A stretch of DNA of 64,000 bases from Opitutales bacterium (lineage in GTDB: Bacteria; Verrucomicrobiota; Verrucomicrobiia; Opitutales; UBA2987): positions 32,001-96,000 of the forward strand of contig CBDDEL010000017.1 in the NCBI GenBank assembly GCA_965226885.1, written 5' to 3'. A model generated the notes under the pieces. The model was not told the DNA's origin. It did no database searches and was given only the letters and a program-made list of their open reading frames with translations. This document shows, piece after piece, positions 50,380-61,500 of this stretch; positions within the stretch are counted from its first letter, which is position 1, and each line of letters begins with the position of its first letter. The translations under genes and the position numbers were made by a program.

Positions 50380-51381
50380 ATGAATTTGCGGAATGAAGGA
50401 AAAATTCTGGTTACGGGCGGGGCCGGTTTTATCGGGAGCGCATTGGTTTGGGCTCTCAATAAGCGGGGAATTGAGGACATTATTATTGCCGATTATTTGG
50501 GGAGCGATGAAAAATGGAAAAATCTGGTTCCTTTGCGCTTCGAACATTATCTGGAAGCAGACGAGTTGCTTGAGAACCTGAAAAGAAAAGAAAATTCTTT
50601 CTTGGGAGATTTGAGCACCGTTTTTCACCTTGGGGCCTGTTCCAGCACGACAGAAACGGACGCTTCCTATCTGGCGAATAACAATTACGAATATACCCGG
50701 TTTCTGGCTGAATGGGCGCTTTCCAGAGGAATCCGTTTTATTTATGCTTCCTCAGCCGCCACTTACGGTGATGGCGGCCAAGGTATGGATGACAAAGATA
50801 AGGACCTCGCCCGCCTGAGACCGCTCAATATGTATGGATATTCCAAACACATGTTCGACCTCTACGCTCAAAGGCACAATCTATTGGAGCAAATTGTAGG
50901 GCTTAAATATTTCAATGTCTTCGGTCCCAATGAAAACCATAAGGGAAATATGCGCAGTCTGGTCCACAAAGCTTTTGAACAAATTCGTGATTACGGGGCC
51001 GTTAAATTATTCAAAAGCTATCATCCCGACTACCCTGACGGCGAACAAAAGCGGGATTTTCTCTATGTCAAAGACACCGTGGAGATGACCCTTTTTCTGG
51101 CTGAAAATGAAAAAGCGTCCGGCCTCTACAACATCGGCAGCGGACAGGCGCACACCTGGATTGAATTGGTCGAACCGATTTTCCATGCCATGAATAAGCC
51201 GGTAAATATCGAATTTATCGACATGCCAGAGGCCATCCGGTCTCAATACCAATATTTCACGGAGGCCGATACCTCAAAACTTCGTCATAGCGGTTATGGA
51301 GATTCAGTCATGTCACTGGCGGAAGCCGTCACCGACTATGTGAAAAACTATCTCCTCGACCATAAAACCCTGGGCGCCTGA
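50380..51381 (+). CDS. hldD: ADP-L-glycero-D-manno-heptose 6-epimerase
   Basis: TGGAGFIGS, HLGACSSTTE, YASSAATYG, YGYSK, YQYFTEAD. Confidence 0.95.
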   Translation: MNLRNEGKILVTGGAGFIGSALVWALNKRGIEDIIIADYLGSDEKWKNLVPLRFEHYLEADELLENLKRKENSFLGDLSTVFHLGACSSTTETDASYLANNNYEYTRFLAEWALSRGIRFIYASSAATYGDGGQGMDDKDKDLARLRPLNMYGYSKHMFDLYAQRHNLLEQIVGLKYFNVFGPNENHKGNMRSLVHKAFEQIRDYGAVKLFKSYHPDYPDGEQKRDFLYVKDTVEMTLFLAENEKASGLYNIGSGQAHTWIELVEPIFHAMNKPVNIEFIDMPEAIRSQYQYFTEADTSKLRHSGYGDSVMSLAEAVTDYVKNYLLDHKTLGA

Positions 51382-51418
51382 GGGCCCCCCTTCCCTTTTA
51401 AACGCGAGGGATAAGGTA

Positions 51419-52096
51419 TTATTCGAGCGGGAAAAGTTCCAGAATCTCTTCCACTTTCCACGAATTGGGCCGCTCGTGGCTGGCCCTGATTGCGGTCACC
51501 TGCTCGGCGGATACCTGGTCGGAATTATTACCCCAGTCGGGATTGGTACGAACATAGGTGGCAATGGCGGCTATCTGCTCATCGTCCAACAAAGAGGAAA
51601 AAGGCGTCATAATGCTGTTATAGGCATTTCCGACAACTTCAATTTGGCCAGACATGCCGTTCAACATAATGGCCACCATGCGGTCCGGTTCCCCACGCAC
51701 CCAGCGCGAACCGACAAGCGGCGGAAAGGCTCCGGGTAGCCCCGTGCCGTCGGCTTGGTGGCAGGCGATGCAATTGCGTTTGTAAAGCTTTTCCCCATCA
51801 ATTGCCACTGGCTGCAAATCCCCGGAACCTACATCAAACGAGGGTGGCTTACCCTCGGGATCGAAAACAAAAGGATGGTAGCCGCCGGCGTATTTACTGA
51901 GGTATATGCTCCCGAAGACAAAGATGAATGTGAACAAAGCTGTCCCCAAAATAGGCATGGAAAGGACACCGTTGCCATTACTCTCGGATTTCGAGAATGT
52001 CCGGGCATGGGTTTCCAGAAGAGCGTCGTCCGGCATCCGGCTTTTTTCAGCCAGATTCATGGATGGGTCGGAATCGTTAGATTTTGAGTGGCTCAT
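51419..52096 (-). CDS. Membrane-anchored monoheme cytochrome c
   Basis: One TM helix, CIACH, FPPLVGS, axial Met. Confidence 0.9.
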   Translation of the reverse strand: MSHSKSNDSDPSMNLAEKSRMPDDALLETHARTFSKSESNGNGVLSMPILGTALFTFIFVFGSIYLSKYAGGYHPFVFDPEGKPPSFDVGSGDLQPVAIDGEKLYKRNCIACHQADGTGLPGAFPPLVGSRWVRGEPDRMVAIMLNGMSGQIEVVGNAYNSIMTPFSSLLDDEQIAAIATYVRTNPDWGNNSDQVSAEQVTAIRASHERPNSWKVEEILELFPLE

Positions 52097-52107
52097 TAAT
52101 GGATCGA

Positions 52108-52794
52108 TTAATTCTGCGGTTCTTCCTGTAAACGGGCTTCGGGCAGGCTGTAATCGAGTTTCAGGCTCTGCAAATAGGCAACCAGAGCCTTTGCCCGGCG
52201 GGTGGGCACAATTTCGTATCCTTCGGCGGGGCCAAAGCCCTCCTGAAATTCAATGGCGTTGGGCGAAGCTTCCCCATTTGAGGCGATTTTGCGTTTTTGG
52301 TATAAAAAAGCATAGGGAGGCATGTTGGAACCGGACTTTTCGGATTGCGGGTTATACAAATGGGCGTGTAGGCGGTTCACCGAGCCGCTGCGTTGGCCGA
52401 AGTCGGCCAAATCCGGCCCGTTGCGCGAAGATCCCAGCAACACCCTCTTTTGCTGTATGTAATCGCGGGGCACTGATTGGCGGTTTCCCCAGCCGCGCTC
52501 GAAATCGGTTCCGAAGCCTTTTCGGCGAACCTGCTGGGTGTGGCAATAGACGCAGCCCAGGCCAACGTATTGGGCTTTCCCCTGTTGGGCCAGACCGACG
52601 GATTCCTCGGGGTATCGAGGCTCGTCTTTTTGAGGCGTCTCGATTCTCGCGGTATTGGAAACCGGGTCGATGGCGTAATATTCCGACATGGGTTGAAGCT
52701 CGCCCAATTGCTTTTGGCCCTGCCAGAGAATTCCAGCCCAGGAAAGAGCCAGGGTGGCGAATAATCCGCAAAATATTAAAGGCAGGCTTTTCAT
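52108..52794 (-). CDS. cbb3-type oxidase subunit II (CcoO/FixO)-like cytochrome c
   Basis: CVYCHTQQVR, LGSSRNGPDL, HLYNP, SNMPPY. Confidence 0.85.
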   Translation of the reverse strand: MKSLPLIFCGLFATLALSWAGILWQGQKQLGELQPMSEYYAIDPVSNTARIETPQKDEPRYPEESVGLAQQGKAQYVGLGCVYCHTQQVRRKGFGTDFERGWGNRQSVPRDYIQQKRVLLGSSRNGPDLADFGQRSGSVNRLHAHLYNPQSEKSGSNMPPYAFLYQKRKIASNGEASPNAIEFQEGFGPAEGYEIVPTRRAKALVAYLQSLKLDYSLPEARLQEEPQN

Positions 52795-52804
52795 TCTATC
52801 TCAA

Positions 52805-54283
52805 TCATGAAGCGGCGGTTTCGGGAAGCAGGTTGTTGTCGGCCGTGAAGAAGGCTTTTTTACAAGAAAGGGCCGCCAGTGCAAACATCCAGAGAATGTT
52901 GGCCGCAAACGCCAGATGCCCAACGCCTATTAACAAGATCGATACCGTGCGGGCATGAAGCCAGGGCAGTGTATTGCGCACAATTTGCAGGAAATCCAAT
53001 TGAACCGGGTTTCCATAGCTATCCAGTGTGGCCAAATTCATCTGCGAGCCTTGAATCCAGCCGCCCACGTAGAGGGCAACGAGCATGAGGGTTATTCCGC
53101 CAGCGGCGCACCAAAAATGGCATTGGATCAACTTTGCCGAAGGCCAGGGGCAATTGAGAAGGCGTGGCATCATGAAATAAATCGCCCCGAACATGGTCAT
53201 GGTGAAAAAGGCATAAATCATATGATGGGTCTGCCCCTGCACCATGAGGGTGAATTGGGCAACTTCACTGACCGATCGCAGGGACATGGCGCAGCCGATC
53301 AGACTAGCCAAGGTGTAGGAAATCGTTCCGAAGACCACGAACCGCAAGGCGGGGCTGGCCGCAACCTGATTCCATCGGCCGGAAACGGTGAGGTGGTGGT
53401 TAACGGCGGCGATGGCGATGGGGAGAACCATAGCCATGGATGCCACGATCCCGACCGTGACCAGCCATGAGGGCACGGGCCCACCAGCCAGGTGGCGTAT
53501 TCCGCCCCACCCTACTATGAGGGCCAGGGACCAAAATCCGAGGGAAGCCAGGTAGTAACTGTGGATGGGCCGGCCCAGAATTTTGGGTATGAGGTAATAG
53601 GCGGCGCCCAGCCCGGCGGGAATCAGCCAGAGACCCAAAAGGTTGTGCATGTACCACCAATTGGCCATAGCCTGGACCACTCCCCGGGCCGGAGCATAGA
53701 CGAGAAAGATTTGCGCCGTTACATAAATCCAGGGAAACCAGAACAGGGCGCCCAGCACATACAACTGGGAAATAAAAACGGGTCCGGGCCGGCCATAGAA
53801 GACTACGAGTGTTCCCCATATTCCCATGATAATGCTGGAAAAGGCCAGCAGAGGGACCGCGTAGGCGGGCATTTCGAGCCATTCAATCGAGGTCATATCC
53901 CCGATAATAATCCCGCCGATCCCGATGGTGACGGCCACGTTCCAGAACATGGCCCCGATCAAAAGCATCCCGGCTTGGGGAACAGGCCGCCGGCAAAGTC
54001 GGGCCAAAATCCATAATCCAACCCCAAAAAAGGCGTTGCCGCCCCAGCCATAAATCATGGAGTTGAGGTAGGCCGCCCAGACACGCCCGTAGGTGAGCCA
54101 TTCGCAACCGGCCAAGAATCCGGGATGGGTCGATTTTACGGAGGCCATGAGAGCGAAAGTTGTGGCCGTCAAGAGCCAGAGAATGGCTGAAAGCAAGAGT
54201 AGCAATACGGGCCATCTCAACGAGCGGTCGATCTCGTTCAACCTGGATTGTGCCGTCACTGGCTCTGTGGATGGTGTGTTCAC
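52805..54283 (-). CDS. cbb3-type oxidase subunit I (CcoN)-like membrane protein with degenerate metal ligands
   Basis: About 12 TM; WLTYGR, EWLEMP, WWYMHN, YYLIPK...PIHSY match CcoN; several His ligands replaced. Confidence 0.82.
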   Translation of the reverse strand: MNTPSTEPVTAQSRLNEIDRSLRWPVLLLLLSAILWLLTATTFALMASVKSTHPGFLAGCEWLTYGRVWAAYLNSMIYGWGGNAFFGVGLWILARLCRRPVPQAGMLLIGAMFWNVAVTIGIGGIIIGDMTSIEWLEMPAYAVPLLAFSSIIMGIWGTLVVFYGRPGPVFISQLYVLGALFWFPWIYVTAQIFLVYAPARGVVQAMANWWYMHNLLGLWLIPAGLGAAYYLIPKILGRPIHSYYLASLGFWSLALIVGWGGIRHLAGGPVPSWLVTVGIVASMAMVLPIAIAAVNHHLTVSGRWNQVAASPALRFVVFGTISYTLASLIGCAMSLRSVSEVAQFTLMVQGQTHHMIYAFFTMTMFGAIYFMMPRLLNCPWPSAKLIQCHFWCAAGGITLMLVALYVGGWIQGSQMNLATLDSYGNPVQLDFLQIVRNTLPWLHARTVSILLIGVGHLAFAANILWMFALAALSCKKAFFTADNNLLPETAAS

Positions 54284-54315
54284 GAAATTGCTTGAATTTA
54301 AAAATGAATGGGCGA

Positions 54316-54636
54316 TTACGGGCTGCCGTCTACAGGTGGTTCCTTGGACAGATCTTTTAGGGTCAGTTCCATGGCGCGCTTGATGGGGATGCGAACAATC
54401 CCGGCGGACTGATCAATCCACCCATAGGTGGTGCGGATTTCTTCGTGCCAACTGCGGACTTCCATCAAAGTGTTGTCTCTCTTTTGCGAGACCCGATCGC
54501 CGACCGGCGCGGGGCGGTTGACGGCAACCATAATGATGACCACCAGCAAAAAGGAGAGAATCAGCCCGAAAATGCTGAGGGCGGATAGGCTCAAGGAGAG
54601 CCCGCCCGGTTCCGAAGTTGGAGGGTGTTCACTCAT
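54316..54636 (-). CDS. Alternative complex III small subunit (ActG-like)
   Basis: One TM helix; YGWID...VRIPIKRAMEL. Confidence 0.75.
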   Translation of the reverse strand: MSEHPPTSEPGGLSLSLSALSIFGLILSFLLVVIIMVAVNRPAPVGDRVSQKRDNTLMEVRSWHEEIRTTYGWIDQSAGIVRIPIKRAMELTLKDLSKEPPVDGSP

Positions 54637-55927
54637 GGGCGTTGATGGATTCGAGGATACGCGGATCCCGGATGGGAATGGGTTTCACCTTGCGGGAACT
54701 GATGATAAAAGACCAAACACAGATGCTCCCCACACCGAGCCAGGTTAAAAAGTCAACCCAGTTAGGAATGAAGGGCCTGACGACGAAACCGAGAATATTT
54801 TCATCGCTGGGAATCTGGCCCGGCAAAATATTCCAATACATGTCGAGGCCGTGAAAAGCGAGTATCCAGATGGCGATAAAAAGTACCCGGAGGCCGAATT
54901 TATTGTGGTACCACAACAGGTAGATGAAGGGGAAAAGGAAGTGGGCGAAAACCAATCCCATACTGACCCACCACCAACTGTTTTTGGTACCGTCGAAATT
55001 CATTTCCCGAATGTTGTACCAAAAAGTCTCCTCGGGGATATTGGTGTTATAAATGAGGAAATACTGGCAAAAGCTGATGTAGGCCCAGAATACCGTGAAA
55101 GCCAGCATGAGGCAGGCCAACAAGTAGGAATGGTAGCGGTTGTAGATGCCTTTGAGGTAGCCGCGGGTTCCCAGTATCCAGCAGATTACCATGGTCCCGG
55201 CCAGGCCGGCTCTCATGCTCTCGGCAAAAAACCAAACTCCGTACATGGTCGAGAACCAGTGGTACTCGAGGGACTTGAACCAATCGACGGCTGCGAAGGT
55301 GGCGCAGAAGGCGCACAGGTAAATGCCGACGGCGGAAACATTGTGGGCCAGGCGCGCCCATTTGGGATCGCCATCCTTTTCCATAGAAAAAGAACAACGC
55401 CGCAATATACCTGCCAACCCGATCCAGGCGGCAAAATAAAAAATGGTCCGGAAGGTGAAAAAGCCCACATTGAGAAAGCTGGATTTTTTTTGAAGTAAAA
55501 CATCGCCGCTGACCGGTTCGCCACTGGGAAGTAAATTACCCGGATCCATCCAGACCCAGGGCACGGCATTGTTTTCGGGGTGGAAAAAACTCAGTGCCGC
55601 CACCGGTAGAAAGATTAAGGCAATCCATTTGAAACCGGACAGGGCGTGCTCGATCTGCCGCCTGACGATGATCGACCAGCCGGCGTCGAAAACGTATAAT
55701 ATCATGAGCAGGAAGAGCATTCCGACGCCCATGGAAAGCCAGTAGGAGAGCCCGATCATCCAGCCCAGGAAGGGACGTGAATCACCGGTTCGCCAACCCA
55801 TCATCAAGAGGATGAAGGCACCGGCGAGGCTGACTAAACCGAGGATCAAGGCTTTTGTCGCCAGATCGTTATTTTTACCGGAGGAAGCCACCGCTTCCAG
55901 GGTTGGGTTGGCCGCTTCAGCGCTCAT
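54629..55927 (-). CDS. actF: Alternative complex III subunit ActF
   Basis: Polytopic; AGWS..RR..E, DW.KSLEYHWFSTMYG, FWAYISFCQY, NIPEET. Confidence 0.88.
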   Translation of the reverse strand: MSAEAANPTLEAVASSGKNNDLATKALILGLVSLAGAFILLMMGWRTGDSRPFLGWMIGLSYWLSMGVGMLFLLMILYVFDAGWSIIVRRQIEHALSGFKWIALIFLPVAALSFFHPENNAVPWVWMDPGNLLPSGEPVSGDVLLQKKSSFLNVGFFTFRTIFYFAAWIGLAGILRRCSFSMEKDGDPKWARLAHNVSAVGIYLCAFCATFAAVDWFKSLEYHWFSTMYGVWFFAESMRAGLAGTMVICWILGTRGYLKGIYNRYHSYLLACLMLAFTVFWAYISFCQYFLIYNTNIPEETFWYNIREMNFDGTKNSWWWVSMGLVFAHFLFPFIYLLWYHNKFGLRVLFIAIWILAFHGLDMYWNILPGQIPSDENILGFVVRPFIPNWVDFLTWLGVGSICVWSFIISSRKVKPIPIRDPRILESINAHE

Positions 55928-56532
55928 AGTCCTAAATCCCCCCTATGTTCGGCCGGCACATCGGCGAGTCTCGAATTTTGCGCGCGCTGCAATGCTCTCA
56001 AGTAGGCGATAACAGCCCAACGCTCGGCGGGCCTCAGCTTTGCCCCATAAGGTCCCATATTATTTTTGCCCTTGGTTATGGTATTAAAAATCTCCCCTTC
56101 GGGCATGTCGCGAAATCGCTGGTTGTGGTAGGTCGGGGTGGCCACCATGCCGTATTTTTTGGTGATGCCGTTGCCATCTCCGCTGGCACCGTGGCATACG
56201 GCGCAAAAAATAGTAAATTTTTCCTGCCCCAGTTTCATTAAACCGGCATCGATGGACAGGGGGAATCCTCGTCCGAAATCCTCGTCGATCTTTCCGGTGA
56301 CGTAGTATTCGTTTTCGTGAAAGGAGCTGAATGAGACTGTTCCGGGCACCGCAGGGCGGTCTGCGCGCCCGTCGGCAAACATATCGCTCTCCGCCTGGGG
56401 TTTGTATTTTTCCTGCCGGTCCATGTCTGGAAACACTTCCAGTGGAGGCTTGCTCGAACGCGATCCCCTAAACCCTGTAAAGGAGAGGGTCGTGACGACC
56501 AGAAATATCAAGAAGGCAATAAAGTAACGCAT
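55924..56532 (-). CDS. actE: Alternative complex III monoheme cytochrome ActE
   Basis: DMDRQEKYKPQ, CAVCHG, ERWAVIAYLRALQ. Confidence 0.88.
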   Translation of the reverse strand: MRYFIAFLIFLVVTTLSFTGFRGSRSSKPPLEVFPDMDRQEKYKPQAESDMFADGRADRPAVPGTVSFSSFHENEYYVTGKIDEDFGRGFPLSIDAGLMKLGQEKFTIFCAVCHGASGDGNGITKKYGMVATPTYHNQRFRDMPEGEIFNTITKGKNNMGPYGAKLRPAERWAVIAYLRALQRAQNSRLADVPAEHRGDLGL

Positions 56533-56537
56533 ATTAA

Positions 56538-57068
56538 TTATTCCTTCAATTCTACTACTTCGAGGCTCTTCAGGCCTTCCAGAAATTTGCGTGTTTCCTC
56601 CAGGTCGAATTTTTCATCCTGGGCTTCGAGGAGGATGAGAAACTGGTCGTCGGTAATGCCGGGCCATTTTTTAAAGTCCATCACCGGGTGGTGGTGGCGA
56701 GGGAGCCGGTTGGTGATAAACATCCCGAAGAAGGCCCCGAAGGAGGCCAGCAGAATAGTCATTTCATAAGCCACAGGAAAGGGAAAAATGGGGCTAAATA
56801 AGGGTTTCCCCCCGACCACCAGGGGAAAGTCGAACTCACCCATATACCAGGCGATAAACATTCCGGTAATAAACCCGGTGACGCCTCCTATCAAAGAAAA
56901 TAGAGGCACTTTGGAGCGTTCCAGGCCCATGGCCCCTTCCAGTCCGTGCACGGGAAATGGAGAATAGACATCCCAATGGCGGAAGCCGGCCTCGCAAATT
57001 TCCTCCGCCGCCTTGTAGAGGTTGTGGGTGTTGCCGAAAGTGGCGATCAATCCGAAAGTTTTGCTCAT
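56538..57068 (-). CDS. actD: Alternative complex III subunit ActD (DUF3341)
   Basis: [23 protein letters not shown]. Confidence 0.9.
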   Translation of the reverse strand: MSKTFGLIATFGNTHNLYKAAEEICEAGFRHWDVYSPFPVHGLEGAMGLERSKVPLFSLIGGVTGFITGMFIAWYMGEFDFPLVVGGKPLFSPIFPFPVAYEMTILLASFGAFFGMFITNRLPRHHHPVMDFKKWPGITDDQFLILLEAQDEKFDLEETRKFLEGLKSLEVVELKE

Positions 57069-58498
57069 TGAGTGAGTTCCGGTTCGTGATGATTCCCGTA
57101 GGGATCGGCCTGGGGGGTCACGTGTTTAATTTCGGCAATGGCCATGAGGGGCAGAAAGCGGATGAAGAGCAGGAATAAAAAGGAGAAGAAACCAAAAGTC
57201 CCGATGAAGGTAAAAATGTCCACCACGGTGGGGGAGAAGTAATCCCAGTTGGCCGGCATATATTCATTGGCCAAGGTGGTCACGACGATGACAAAGCGCT
57301 CGAACCACATGCCGATATTGACAAAAATGGAAACGATCCAGACCAGCGCCGTGTTTTCCCGAATCCAGCGGAACCAGAATAGTTGAGGCGTGATGACATT
57401 GCATGAAATCATAATCAGGTAGGCCCACCAATAGGGACCGAAGGCGCGGTTGATGAAGGCGAATCCTTCATAGGGGTTGGCCCCGTACCAAGAGATGAAA
57501 AACTCCATGGCGTAGCCGTAGCCGACCATGCTGCCGGTGGCCAAGGTGACTTTACACATGCAGTCGATATGGTATTGCGTAACGAGGTCGTGCAAACCGT
57601 AAATCGCCCTCAAGGGTAGTATAAGCGTCAAAACCATTCCGAAACCGGAAAAAATGGCGCCAGCGACAAAGTAAGGGGGAAATATGGTGGTATGCCAGCC
57701 CGGCAGGTTGGCCACCGCGAAGTCGAAGGAGATGATGGTGTGGACCGAAAGTACCAAGGGAGTGCTCAATCCCGCCAGTAATAGATATGCCATCTCGTAA
57801 TTGGTCCAGTGGCGGCAGGACCCGCGCCAACCCATGGCTAGAATACCGTAAAAGTATTTGCGCCAGGTCTTTGTGGCCCGGTCCCGCAAAGTGGCCAAAT
57901 CGGGTACCATGCCCATATACCAGAATAATATCGAAACCGTAAAATAGGTTGAGACGGCAAAAACGTCCCACTCCAGTGGGCTGCGGAAGTTAGGCCAGAT
58001 AGATTGCGAATTGGGCAGGGGAAAGAGCCACCAGGAAAACCAGATTCGACCCATGTGGAAGAGAGGGAAGATGCCCGCGCACATAACCGCGAAAATCGTC
58101 ATGGCTTCAGCTGTGCGGTTGATGGAGGTGCGCCACTTCTGTTTCAACAGGCAAAGAATGGCCGAGATAAGGGTGCCGGCATGGCCGATGCCGATCCAAA
58201 AGACGAAATTAACAATGGCCCAACCCCAATAAACCGGCCCTCCCAAACCCCATACGCCGACCCCCGTGGCAACCAAGTATAATAGCCCAAGGCCCGTAAA
58301 TGAAGCCACGAATCCAGCCACCAAAAAGCAAACCCACCACCAATTGGGCGTTTTTTCCTCCACGATCCGGCAGACTTTTTCCGTGATCCAATGGAAATCG
58401 CGGTTGTTTTCGACCAGCGGCCGACGCGGCATATGGGTTTGCCTGACCTCGTCCAGAACAACCGGCCTGACAATGGGAATTTCTTCTGTATATGCCAT
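57065..58498 (-). CDS. actC: Alternative complex III quinol-binding subunit ActC (NrfD/PsrC family)
   Basis: [41 protein letters not shown]. Confidence 0.93.
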   Translation of the reverse strand: MAYTEEIPIVRPVVLDEVRQTHMPRRPLVENNRDFHWITEKVCRIVEEKTPNWWWVCFLVAGFVASFTGLGLLYLVATGVGVWGLGGPVYWGWAIVNFVFWIGIGHAGTLISAILCLLKQKWRTSINRTAEAMTIFAVMCAGIFPLFHMGRIWFSWWLFPLPNSQSIWPNFRSPLEWDVFAVSTYFTVSILFWYMGMVPDLATLRDRATKTWRKYFYGILAMGWRGSCRHWTNYEMAYLLLAGLSTPLVLSVHTIISFDFAVANLPGWHTTIFPPYFVAGAIFSGFGMVLTLILPLRAIYGLHDLVTQYHIDCMCKVTLATGSMVGYGYAMEFFISWYGANPYEGFAFINRAFGPYWWAYLIMISCNVITPQLFWFRWIRENTALVWIVSIFVNIGMWFERFVIVVTTLANEYMPANWDYFSPTVVDIFTFIGTFGFFSFLFLLFIRFLPLMAIAEIKHVTPQADPYGNHHEPELTQ

Positions 58499-58525
58499 AT
58501 TCTTCTACGTTCCAGACGTTAAAAT

Positions 58526-61500
58526 TTAATGATGACTGCCGTTTCCATGTTCCGTGTCCTCGCCGTGTGCGGCACCGTGCGGGTTGAGTTTTTCATACTC
58601 CATACGGCTCAGGGGCATAGACTCATAATCCGGCATGAGCGGGTTGGGGTTGCGCAGCCGGGCCAGGTAAGTCGTCCGCGGGCGGGTGTTCAAATAGCCT
58701 AACATGCCGTAATTCAAATCGGAATTTTTGATTTTCGAGACCTCCGAATCGGCATCGGCGACATCGCCGAAAACAATGGCCCCGGTGGGACATACTTGCT
58801 GGCAGGCAGTCTTGATGGCGCCTTCCCGGACTTTTACGTCGTCGGAATCCCGCGCCGCCACCTTGGCTTTGATCACCTCGACATCAATGCGCTGCTGGCA
58901 GTAGGTGCATTTCTCCATCACCCCGCGCATGCGAATGGTGACTTCGGGATTTTTTTGCAGGCTCTTGATTTCGGGTTTTCCGGCCGGCCCCAGCGGTCCT
59001 TCGTAAAAATGGTCGATTTCGCGCTTGTTCCAGTCGAAAAAGTTGAAACGGCGAACTTTGTAGGGGCAATTGTTGGCGCAATAGCGGGTACCCACGCAAC
59101 GGTTGTAGGCCATTACGTTGAGGCCCTGAGAGTCATGCACGGTGGCATTGACCGGGCAGACCTGTTCGCATGGCGCCATCTCGCAATGCATGCAGGGTAT
59201 CGGGGCCACGGAAACCTGCGGATTGTCCGGCACATGCTGTTTATTTACCTCGACATCGCCGCTGGAATAATAGCGGTCGAGGCGAATCCAGTGCATTTCC
59301 CGCCCGCGGGCCACCTGGTCCTGGCCAACGATGGGGATATTGTTCTCGCTCTGGCAGGCGACCACGCAGGCGCTGCACCCGGTGCAGACATTGAGGTCGA
59401 TGGACATGCCCCATTGCTGCGCGCCGCCGAATTTGGGAGTAAAATAAAGAGAGTTGCCGCGGGGTTGGGTTACGACCTGCTCTTGCAGCGATTTATCTTT
59501 GGCGCTGCCCAGAATGGGGGGCGAATGGGATTCCATGCCCAGTTTTTCCACAAAATGGGGTTCCTTTTGGAAATCCCCCACATTTGCTTCCCTGATGATG
59601 GCCCGCCCTTCCATGGACCAGTGTTCCTGGGTATTGGCCAGATTATGAGTAGTCCCGGCCAGTTCCAGCCGAGCGCCCCGGATGATTCCGCCCGATTGCG
59701 AGGAAAATAACGGATAGGCGCTGAAACCGACGTTGTCCCCTACCCGTCCGGATTTTGTGCGCCCATAGCCGGTTGTCAGGGCGACGGTATAATCGGCCAG
59801 GCCGGGCTGGACATTGATGGGGCCTGTTATGGTCGTTCCGTTGATGGAAAGCGTGCCCACCGGGGCGACTTGCCGGCCCATTTTAAAATCGTTAAACCTT
59901 TTGGCTGAAACTTGCGCCAGTTTGAGAAACCGGGAAACCGGGGAGCGCGGGGTGTTGGGCTCCCAGCCCAAATCCCGGGCCAGTTGCGGACTGATCGAAA
60001 TGACATTATCCCAGGTGATCTTGGTCATGGGATCGGGACATTCCTGCAGCCAGCCATTGTTGCTGTAACGCCCATCCAGCACTTTGGGGTCGGCCGTAAT
60101 GCGAACTTCCAGGTCGTCTGCGGAAAAAGGCCTGGAGGGCGGGATCATCCTGGCAACATCTTTTTGCAAAGCGCCCACATCCAGGGCAACCTTTTTCCGG
60201 GCATAGCCTGAATTTTCGAGTAGACCATCGCTCAGGAATCGTTCAAAAGCTCGATCATTATCGAGTTTGCCAGTGATGGCGGCAATCGTTTCGCGCACCA
60301 AAATGTAGGGATCGGTTTCCTCCAAACCGGCCAGGCGAGCCAGTATGGCAATTTCCTGAAAACCGTCGAAGAGGGGAAGGATCATCGGCTGCACCGGCAG
60401 TATAACGCCGTCCCAGGCGCGCCCGTCACCCCAGGATTCCAGATAATGGGCGGCGGCGATATGCCCTTGTGAAAGTGCGGAAGTCTCATCCTCATAATAA
60501 CCGAAGCGGATGACTTCATCCACCGCTCCTTGCAAATCGGCCCAATGAAGGTCGCCGGGGGCATTGTAGGCTGGATTTCCGCCGAGGATAAAAAGAGTTT
60601 CCACCCGGCCGGCTTGAATAGCCTCGGCCAGGTCTTGAATGGTCACGCCCTCCTTTTCCGGAATTTCCAGGTAATCCACAGTTTTCCCGTTGGCGGATAA
60701 AAGATCGTTGGCAAAATAGGCCAGTTGATGAACTTCCACCGGCTGGTCCTCCCCTGCCACGATGACGGCTTCCCCCCGGTGTTCGAGGAGATCGGCCACA
60801 CATTCCCTGATCCAGGCGGAATCCACTTCCAGACCGGCCGCTTTTCGTCGCAGAAGAGCCGCCAAGGATGCATTTTGGTCCATCTTTTCGAGCAATTCGG
60901 CAACTGTCAGAGCGGCCAGAGCAGGAATATGACTGGCCGGTAAACGGAGGCGGTGATCGGCCATGGTTCCTGTGATGCTGTAATGGCTCTCGGCCATATA
61001 AAGGCGGCTCATTTTTTCGGCTGCGGCAGGCTCGTGTACCCTTCGACGGTCTGAAAAATCCCGAGCTTGTTGCAAAAGGCCCGGCCCGCTATTTAAAAAG
61101 TCCGCATCAAGGGATAATATTCGACGCGCATTCTTGAAATTGTAACGGGGCCGCAGTCTTTTCCCCAAAATCCGGGCCAAAGCCGACTCGGCATTATTCT
61201 GCTCGGTCGCATCGTATTCCGCCCATATGCTCCGCGGAAATCTTTCCCGAAGGGCTTTGACGAGGCGTTCACGGGTTGGTGAGGTGCTTCCCTCGGCCAG
61301 AATGGCCAGTCCCTGCCCTTGTGTGGGGCGGTATTTTTCACCGATCGCATCAAGCCATGCTTCTACCTCTGCGCGGTTCAGTTCCCGCGATCTCTTTTTG
61401 CTCGTTGCCGACCTGTCCGGATCATACAGATCGAGAATAGAGGCCTGGGCCTGAAGATTGGTCGATCCGCCATAGGGACTGTAGGCAGGATTGCCCTCAA

